Source of the DNA: Bacteriovoracia bacterium
GTDB lineage: Bacteria; Bdellovibrionota; UBA1018; JBFWNL01
DNA: 64,000 nucleotides
Assembly (NCBI GenBank): GCA_050251055.1
Contig: JBFWNL010000006.1
Location: 160,001 to 224,000, forward strand
Direction of reading: 5' to 3'
In this document: piece by piece, positions 57,685 to 64,000 of the stretch
Layout of the letters: the number at the start of each line of letters is the position of its first letter
How positions within the stretch are numbered: the first letter of the stretch is position 1
Position numbers and translations under genes: made by a program
The notes under the pieces: generated by a model
Told to the model about the DNA's origin: nothing
Seen by the model: the letters and a program-made list of their open reading frames with translations, nothing else
Databases searched by the model: none

Positions 57685-58545
57685 ATGACGATGCGTCCGG
57701 AGATTCGCGAGTACCACGACTACCGAGCGTTTCTAAAAGATTGGCTGGCCTATAAACGGAATTCGGGCCCGCGCTTTAGCTACCGCGCGGTCTCCAAGCG
57801 CGCCAAGCTTTCTTCGGGTTACCTGACGTTGGTTTTGAAGGGGCAGCGACGCATCAGCGAAGAGGCGCTCGAGCAGCTCATGCCTCATCTAGGCTTGGTC
57901 GAAGGCCAAGTTTCTTATCTCCGAAATCTACGAAACATGGCGGAAGCCAACGATCTGGAACATAAGACGAATGCCTTGCAGAAGCTTCGTCGGTATCGGG
58001 TGTACCAAGAGCTGAATCCGAAAGAGTACGAAACCTTCCATTATTTCAGCCATTGGCATCTGATCGTCATTCGCGAAATGGTCACGATGCCTGAATTTAG
58101 GCTGGATCCGGAGTGGATTCGCCAGCGCCTTCGCCGCAAGGTCAGCTTGCAGGTCATTCGCCAAGCCCTGCAGTGGCTGCGCGATCATCAATTCATCGTC
58201 GTCGCCTCCGACGGCAAGGCCAGCTTCCCTGAAAGTCAGCAGATTACCTGCTCGGACACCGTGTTCCGTATCGCGCTTTCGGAATATCATCGGCAAATGC
58301 TGGGTATGTCGGTCGACGCCATCGAAGAGGTGCCGCGTGAGCAGCGAAACGTGCTGGGCTACACCATCGGCATGAATCAAGAGACGTTCTTGAAGGTGAA
58401 GGAACTGATGGACCGCACGATGAAGGAAGTCTGGGATCTGGCGCGGGCGGGCGCGGGACGGGATTCGGTTTATCACGTGGGGTTCGTGGCTTTTCCGCTG
58501 CTGGAGGCCCCGGCGTCGCCTGAGGAAAGTGACGAGTCTTCATAG
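57685..58545 (+). CDS. TIGR02147-family protein, paralogue 3
   Basis: RPEIREYHDYRAFLKDW, FSYRAVSKRA HTH, WHLIVIREM, VYHVGFVAFP; AAGGAG RBS. Confidence 0.9.
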   Translation: MTMRPEIREYHDYRAFLKDWLAYKRNSGPRFSYRAVSKRAKLSSGYLTLVLKGQRRISEEALEQLMPHLGLVEGQVSYLRNLRNMAEANDLEHKTNALQKLRRYRVYQELNPKEYETFHYFSHWHLIVIREMVTMPEFRLDPEWIRQRLRRKVSLQVIRQALQWLRDHQFIVVASDGKASFPESQQITCSDTVFRIALSEYHRQMLGMSVDAIEEVPREQRNVLGYTIGMNQETFLKVKELMDRTMKEVWDLARAGAGRDSVYHVGFVAFPLLEAPASPEESDESS

Positions 58546-58551
58546 TTTCTA

Positions 58552-58622
58552 TAAGTAATTGATATTATTATTAAAAAAGTGCTTACTGGTGCATTGCTAC
58601 GGGTTTTTCTTATTAGTATACT
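58552..58622 (+). promoter_or_regulatory. sigma70 promoter for lipoprotein 3 with IHF site and operator copy
   Basis: IHF consensus on minus strand TATCAATTACTTA (58552-58564); TGCTTACT (58580-58587); TTGCTA-N17-TATACT (58594-58622). Confidence 0.65.
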
Positions 58623-58655
58623 AATATTATCAACAATTAAGGGTAGGGGCTTTCC

Positions 58656-59270
58656 ATGCAAATGAAGTTTTTAGCGATCCTTGCGCTCGCGCTGGCGTTT
58701 TCAGGCTGCAGCCAAGTGAGCATCAGTGGAGGTTCGGGCGGCGGAACCGCGGGCGGCAATCCCCTCACGAAGGATGTCGATCTGCGCTTTGATCCGTACT
58801 CTTCGGGAGCGGGTCCTCTCGGGTTTTCGTTTTGCGTGGAGGGCGTCGCCTTAATCGAAAGTGTGGACGAAGCCTTGCTGGTCGAGTCCGCGCTGGCGGA
58901 GCCGGCCTGGGTGAACTTCAATTCATCCGGCACGCAGATCGCGCGCTTCGAGCTTCGCTACGGTTTCTACTCCGGTCTACTGCTAAAGGTGAATCCCATC
59001 TGTGGCGAGACCGCCTTGTCGGCGTCGATTAAGAACCGCCGTGCATCGATTGAAACGCGTGACGAGCTAGTGTTCTCCTTTCGTGGCGATTTTGAAATCA
59101 ACGCCGACTCGGCCACTTTGGATCTCGCGCACAAAGATATGTTGGAGAGATTCCGCCAGGCAAACAGTGCCAAGGTTTTCCAGGAGGTCTCCGCGCTTTC
59201 CGGGAGTGTCGTCGTCAATCGGCAGCACGGTGACACCCCCGCTTCTAACGTCGAGGCTTCTGGCATCTGA
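58656..59270 (+). CDS. TIGR02147-associated lipoprotein (paralogue 3)
   Basis: Lipobox AFSGC; GGGTAGGNP, LRFDPY, FCVEGV, GFYSGLLLKVNPIC. Confidence 0.8.
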   Translation: MQMKFLAILALALAFSGCSQVSISGGSGGGTAGGNPLTKDVDLRFDPYSSGAGPLGFSFCVEGVALIESVDEALLVESALAEPAWVNFNSSGTQIARFELRYGFYSGLLLKVNPICGETALSASIKNRRASIETRDELVFSFRGDFEINADSATLDLAHKDMLERFRQANSAKVFQEVSALSGSVVVNRQHGDTPASNVEASGI

Positions 59271-59273
59271 CCG

Positions 59274-60209
59274 TCAGTCGGCTTTGGTCGCCGCCGTGCC
59301 CGGAGAAACTCCGATTTCGTTCGATACCAATTCATCGCGCCCTTCCAGGGTGAGACGGCGATTTTTTGATACTTGGTCCGCGACCTTTGCATCTACCATG
59401 CTCGTGCCCCCAAGGGTGGCTTCTATGTTGCGGAGGTACGGAGCTGGATTCGGTAGCAGAATTTTCGTTTGCATGAACTTCTCCTGTTCGGCCTGGATAA
59501 AGGCTAAGATTTCCTCCTGGGATGCGACAATGCATTTATTCTTGCTTAAGAATGGAACCACGCGGAAGGTGCCGTCACCCTCGATGATCAGCATGGACGC
59601 GGGAATGGCTGCCACGGCCGCGACTTCGTCGCGGCGATCGGCCACGGTAACGGCAATCTCCTTGATTTTTAATGTATCAAATAAGAATTCCCGTTGGGAT
59701 GGCGCATCTTTTAGTGCACTAAGCGCGGTATCCAGGGCTTGCCACTGCCGAGTTGCGCAAGGTACGGAGGCTTCTTGGTCCAAATACGATTCTACCCGTA
59801 AGGTACCGACCGGCTCATAAAGGTTAACTGGCCAAACCCGACCGCTAAGCCGGGGAGGGGAGATCGACTTCCTTAAGGCAGCGTTGAACTTAACGTTTGC
59901 GGCTGCGCGCTTTGCGTCTGCTTCTGTTTGGAAATAAAAATTTTCGTCGCGTACGAGTTCCCCTTCTACTTTTATCCCGTAGTAATTCACGTACAGCTTT
60001 ACCCGAGATGTCTGCAGCGAGATTTCTCGTCCGTCGTAACGAGCCGTTCCGCCCAGCTCGCTTACGGGTATTGGATTCGGGTACTTCCATCGTCGGATCG
60101 CTTCCTGAAATGGTTGACTATGATTTTCCGTATGCGGTGGTAGGTCGTCCGCGGCCACCCAGGGGGCGACCAAAAGTACAGGGATGGCTAGAAGATGGGT
60201 AAATCGCAT
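59274..60209 (-). CDS. Secreted hypothetical protein, tandem paralogue A
   Basis: GGAGG RBS before MRFTH; signal peptide; homologous to next gene. Confidence 0.75.
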   Translation of the reverse strand: MRFTHLLAIPVLLVAPWVAADDLPPHTENHSQPFQEAIRRWKYPNPIPVSELGGTARYDGREISLQTSRVKLYVNYYGIKVEGELVRDENFYFQTEADAKRAAANVKFNAALRKSISPPRLSGRVWPVNLYEPVGTLRVESYLDQEASVPCATRQWQALDTALSALKDAPSQREFLFDTLKIKEIAVTVADRRDEVAAVAAIPASMLIIEGDGTFRVVPFLSKNKCIVASQEEILAFIQAEQEKFMQTKILLPNPAPYLRNIEATLGGTSMVDAKVADQVSKNRRLTLEGRDELVSNEIGVSPGTAATKAD

Positions 60210-60266
60210 TTTTCCTCCAATATTTTGGGTAGGTTTTAGATGACGTGACAAATGACTCTTGGGTTA

Positions 60267-61223
60267 TTAATCCGCCGAAGCGGCTTGTTTGAATCGGGGG
60301 TTTGGCTTGCTTGACCGACGGGCACGATCGTCACCATCGGACGGCTCCGAACTACCCGCCTTCGTCTGTTGGTCCGCGACCCGTGGTTTAAGCGACCTGG
60401 ATTCGCCGAGCATATCTTCGATGTTGCGCAGGCAATCCAGCGTGCCCAACAGGGAATCGTTGGGGTTACAGAGTTCGGCTTCTTCCTGGATGAGGAAAGT
60501 CAGGAGATCTTCCTTGCTCACGACGGCGCAGCCGTCTTCATTCAAATAGGGCGAGAAATGAAGCGTTCTCAGCATATCGGTAACTAGGGAAGGCCTCGGT
60601 TTCAGGCGGGAGCGAGGGTCGACATTTCGTTCGTCGACGACGGTTACTTCGATCTTTTCGATCGCCATCGTGTCGAACAGCAGCGCCTGCTGGCGGGGCA
60701 TGCTTTTGATGTCCGATAGCGCCGCTTCCACTACCTTCCACTGTTTGGTCGCACAGGGAAGCACTTCTTCTTGATTCAAGTATTGGCGGTAGACAGCTGT
60801 CTTCTGTGGTGTAGGCAATCTATAGACTTCGAGTGCGTAACCTTCCGGAACCGACCGAGGATGCAGATCGCGCAGGCTAAGATTTGCCTCCGCTTCCGTT
60901 CGGTATAATGGTGCGTTAGGCAACGGAAGAGTTTCATCTACATAGAAACGCGGATGGCCCAGGTAGCTAACCACGCGCTTCCGACTAAATTGAAGCGAGT
61001 AGCTTTTGTACTCGAAATCTAAGTGACTTGTCTTGAGTTCGATGCTGCGGTTTCCGTAAGGAATCGTTCGGTCGAGCTCATAAGTGGGAATGTCCCGATT
61101 TTTTGACCGGAGCTTTTCTAAAAAAATATCGTTCGTGTTGGCCATTCGAGTTGTGAATGGATTGGCGAAACCAAGACTGCTTACCAGCAGGATAGAAGGC
61201 GCAGCAAAGTAGGGAAAACGCAT
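60267..61223 (-). CDS. Secreted hypothetical protein, tandem paralogue B
   Basis: AAGGAG RBS before MRFPY; YLNQEEVLPCATKQW vs YLDQEASVPCATRQW. Confidence 0.75.
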   Translation of the reverse strand: MRFPYFAAPSILLVSSLGFANPFTTRMANTNDIFLEKLRSKNRDIPTYELDRTIPYGNRSIELKTSHLDFEYKSYSLQFSRKRVVSYLGHPRFYVDETLPLPNAPLYRTEAEANLSLRDLHPRSVPEGYALEVYRLPTPQKTAVYRQYLNQEEVLPCATKQWKVVEAALSDIKSMPRQQALLFDTMAIEKIEVTVVDERNVDPRSRLKPRPSLVTDMLRTLHFSPYLNEDGCAVVSKEDLLTFLIQEEAELCNPNDSLLGTLDCLRNIEDMLGESRSLKPRVADQQTKAGSSEPSDGDDRARRSSKPNPRFKQAASAD

Positions 61224-61271
61224 AACTTCTCCTTGGGAAGACGTTTCCATATTTGCCGTACGACTAAGAAA

Positions 61272-61287
61272 TGCAATTCCTTGGCCA
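61272..61287 (-). promoter_or_regulatory. sigma54 promoter
   Basis: TGGCCA-AGGAA-TTGCA on minus strand. Confidence 0.6.
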
Positions 61288-61408
61288 CTGTCGGAGAAAG
61301 AGATATCGCGTGCTGGCGCCCTGGGTCCCTGGATTTGGGCGTGGAGGCATGATCAGCTGTCGATTTGTTCGACGCGCGCTTACTGCAAAATCCAAGTAAG
61401 CAGCGGAC

Positions 61409-62560
61409 TCAGCCGAATAGATTTTTCATGCGCTCGAAAAAGCCATGATGTTTCGGATGCGTGGCCTGCGCCTGGATCGCGTCGAAACGCTTGAGCAGGT
61501 CTTTCTGCTCGGCGTTCATCCGTGCCGGGGTTTCGATCACGACCTGTACGAGCTGATCGCCGCGGCCGTACGAACCCAAGCGAGGCAGGCCCTTGCCCTT
61601 GAGGCGGAAAACCTTGTGGGATTGCGTACCGGAGGGCACCGTCATCTCCACTTTGCCCTGCAGGGTGGGGACTTCGAGCTCGGTGCCCAAGGCCGCTTGC
61701 GCGAAGGTGATGGGAATTTCGCAAATGACGTCGAAGTCCTCGCGTCGGAAAAATTCATGCTCTAAAACATTGATGACGACGTAAAGGTCGCCCGGAGGTC
61801 CGCCGCGCTCGCCCGCTTCGCCTTCGCCGGTGAGCTTCAGGCGCTGGCCGGTGTCAACGCCGGCGGGAATCTTCACTTCGATCTGGCTCTTTTTCTTCTT
61901 GTGACCCGTGCCCGCGCAGCTTCCGCACGGATTTTTGATCACCTGGCCTTCGCCCTTACAAGCGGGACAAGGCCGGCTGATGGCGAAGAAGCCTTGCTGG
62001 AAAGTGACTTCGCCGCGTCCGCCGCACTGGCCGCAATCTTCCGGCGACGTTCCGGCCTTCGCGCCCGAGCCGTGGCAGGTGTCGCAAGGCACGGATTTTT
62101 GAATGGAGATAACCTTGTCGACGCCAAAGGCGGCTTCGTTGAAGGTGATGTCGGCCGAGGTGCGTAGATCCGCGCCCGGTCGGCCCACGCTGCGCCGGCG
62201 TCCGCCACGTCCGCGCGCTTGTCCGCCTCCGAAAATATCGCCAAAGATGTCGCCAAAAATATCGTTGAAGTTCGCTCCGCCGAACCCGCCGCCGAAGTCG
62301 AACCCGCCCGGCCCGCCGCCCGCCGCCCCCGCCATGCCGGCGTGCCCGAACTGATCATACATCTGCCGTTTCTTGGGGTCGGTGAGAACGTCGTAGGCCT
62401 CGGAGGCCTCCTTGAACTTCTCTTCGGCCGCCTTGTTGCCCGGGTTTTTGTCGGGATGGAATTGGATGGCGAGCTTCCGGTAAGCTTTCTTGAGCTCGTC
62501 TTCCCCGGCGCCTTTGGCGACGCCGAGGACTTCGTAATAGTCCCGTTTACCGGAAGCCAT
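61409..62560 (-). CDS. dnaJ: Chaperone DnaJ
   Basis: J domain with HPD, G/F region, four CxxCxGxG repeats. Confidence 0.98.
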   Translation of the reverse strand: MASGKRDYYEVLGVAKGAGEDELKKAYRKLAIQFHPDKNPGNKAAEEKFKEASEAYDVLTDPKKRQMYDQFGHAGMAGAAGGGPGGFDFGGGFGGANFNDIFGDIFGDIFGGGQARGRGGRRRSVGRPGADLRTSADITFNEAAFGVDKVISIQKSVPCDTCHGSGAKAGTSPEDCGQCGGRGEVTFQQGFFAISRPCPACKGEGQVIKNPCGSCAGTGHKKKKSQIEVKIPAGVDTGQRLKLTGEGEAGERGGPPGDLYVVINVLEHEFFRREDFDVICEIPITFAQAALGTELEVPTLQGKVEMTVPSGTQSHKVFRLKGKGLPRLGSYGRGDQLVQVVIETPARMNAEQKDLLKRFDAIQAQATHPKHHGFFERMKNLFG

Positions 62561-62572
62561 GCACTTCCTTTA

Positions 62573-64000
62573 TTAGACTTCTTTGTAGTCGGCGTCGATC
62601 ACGTCGTCGCCCGCTTTACCCGACTTGCCGCCCGCGGCTTCCTGTTGGGTTTCTCCGGAGCCGGAAGCCCCGTTGCCGTGCGCGTGGCCGTTCGTGTCCG
62701 GACCACCCGCCGCGCCATTCGCGCCCGCGGTCTTGTAGATCTGCTCGGCCATCTTGTTCGAAGCCTTGGAGAGCTCTTCCGTGGCTTTCTTCAGCTCTTC
62801 CACGTCCTTGCTTTCCAGGTGCTTCTTCGCTTCGACCAGGGCGGCTTCGATCTGCGTCTTGTCTTCCGCCGAGATCTTGTCGCCGTTGTCCTTGATGGTC
62901 TTCTCGATCGTGTAGATCAGGCCGTCGAGCGTATTGCGGGCATCGACCACTTTCTTGCGGTTCTCGTCTTCCGACTTGTGCTCTTCCGCTTCACGCTGCA
63001 TGCGCTTGATCTCTTCTTCCGAAAGACCGCCCGCCGCGGTGATGCGGATGGATTGCTCCTTGCCCGTACCCATGTCTTTCGCGCCGACGTTCACGAGCCC
63101 GTTCGCGTCGATGTCGAAGGTCACTTCCACTTGCGGCACGCCACGGGGGGCGGGCGGCAGGCCGACGAGGTCGAAGCGGCCAAGCGACTTGTTGTGCTCG
63201 GCGAACTCGCGCTCGCCCTGCAGTACGTGGATGGTCACGGCCGTTTGGTTATCGGCCGCGGTGGAGAACACCTGCGACTTTTTGGTCGGGATGGTGGTGT
63301 TCTTTTCGATGAGCTTGGTGAACACGCCGCCCAGGGTTTCGATACCCAACGACAGCGGGGTAACGTCCAGCAGCAGCACGTCTTTCACGTCGCCTTGGAG
63401 CACGCCGCCTTGGATGGCCGCGCCGACCGCGACGACTTCGTCGGGGTTCACGCCCTTGTGGGGTTCCTTGCCGAAGATTTCCTTCACCTTGGCTTGCACG
63501 CGAGGCATGCGGGTCATGCCGCCGACCAAGATGACTTCGTCGATCTGGTCCTTGCGGATGCCGGCGTCCTTCAGCGCGGTTTCGCACGGAGGAACGAGCT
63601 TGTCGATGAGGTCAGCGACGATGGCTTCCAGCTTCGCGCGGGTGAGCCGCAGGTTCAGGTGCTTGGGGCCCGAGGCGTCGGCGGTGATGAACGGGAGGTT
63701 GATCTCCGTTTCGTTCAAGGTCGACAGCTCGTGCTTGGCTTTTTCGGCGGCTTCTTTCAGGCGCTGCAAAGCCATTTTGTCTTTACGGAGGTCGATGCTG
63801 TTCTCTTTTTTGAACTCGTCGGCGATCCAATCCATAATGCGCTGGTCGAAGTTACCACCGCCCAGGAACGTGTCGCCGTTAGTGGCTTTTACTTCGAATA
63901 CGCCGTCGCCCATCTCGAGCACGGAGACGTCGAAGGTACCGCCGCCCAAGTCGAAGACCGCGATCTTCGCGTCTTTGCCTTTTTTATCCAGGCCGTAAGC
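62573..64000 (-). CDS. dnaK: Chaperone DnaK (5' part outside the window)
   Basis: [53 protein letters not shown]. Confidence 0.98.
   Translation of the reverse strand, partial: AYGLDKKGKDAKIAVFDLGGGTFDVSVLEMGDGVFEVKATNGDTFLGGGNFDQRIMDWIADEFKKENSIDLRKDKMALQRLKEAAEKAKHELSTLNETEINLPFITADASGPKHLNLRLTRAKLEAIVADLIDKLVPPCETALKDAGIRKDQIDEVILVGGMTRMPRVQAKVKEIFGKEPHKGVNPDEVVAVGAAIQGGVLQGDVKDVLLLDVTPLSLGIETLGGVFTKLIEKNTTIPTKKSQVFSTAADNQTAVTIHVLQGEREFAEHNKSLGRFDLVGLPPAPRGVPQVEVTFDIDANGLVNVGAKDMGTGKEQSIRITAAGGLSEEEIKRMQREAEEHKSEDENRKKVVDARNTLDGLIYTIEKTIKDNGDKISAEDKTQIEAALVEAKKHLESKDVEELKKATEELSKASNKMAEQIYKTAGANGAAGGPDTNGHAHGNGASGSGETQQEAAGGKSGKAGDDVIDADYKEV

Noticed and set aside
35360-58640. AT-rich tracts as replication origin or CRISPR leader
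   Set aside because: No DnaA-box cluster, no repeat-spacer array, no cas or dnaA genes; promoters and IHF-like sites explain them better.
30086-61400. Prophage or integrative element at tRNA-Ser
   Set aside because: No integrase, transposase or phage genes; no direct-repeat att copy noticed; core-like genes (pip, LpoA-like, porin) are interspersed.

Overview
GC-rich bacterial chromosome segment, most likely Bdellovibrionota (inferred from the expanded TIGR02147 family, large prepilin-like proteins and many orphan secreted lipoproteins). The left half (1-30 kb) is mostly housekeeping and stress genes: kefB/C-type K+ antiporter, membrane class III cyclase operon, degenerate CobW, alkaline-phosphatase-family protein, pckG, GT-C/GT2/wecB glycosylation cluster, HAD nucleotidases, ppk1/ppx, USP-EEP-clsB, hemerythrin, sigma54-type promoters and tRNA-Ser(GGA). 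From the tRNA to dnaJ/dnaK (30-61 kb) the region is rich in accessory secreted proteins. The main observation is a module repeated three times: a TIGR02147 (HTH + DUF4423) gene, a homologous Cys-containing lipoprotein gene right behind it, and an extremely AT-rich control region with divergent sigma70-like promoters. Each control region carries its own direct-repeat motif pair spaced exactly 94 bp apart (about 9 helical turns): TTGGCTnnAAAA, GCATTCATA or TAGTAAGCA. IHF-like sites lie nearby, and each module is linked to an operon encoding a large pilin-like protein. I infer a paralogue-specific, DNA-looping regulatory system for surface or pilus-tip adhesins. All calls are by eye; no database searches were run.
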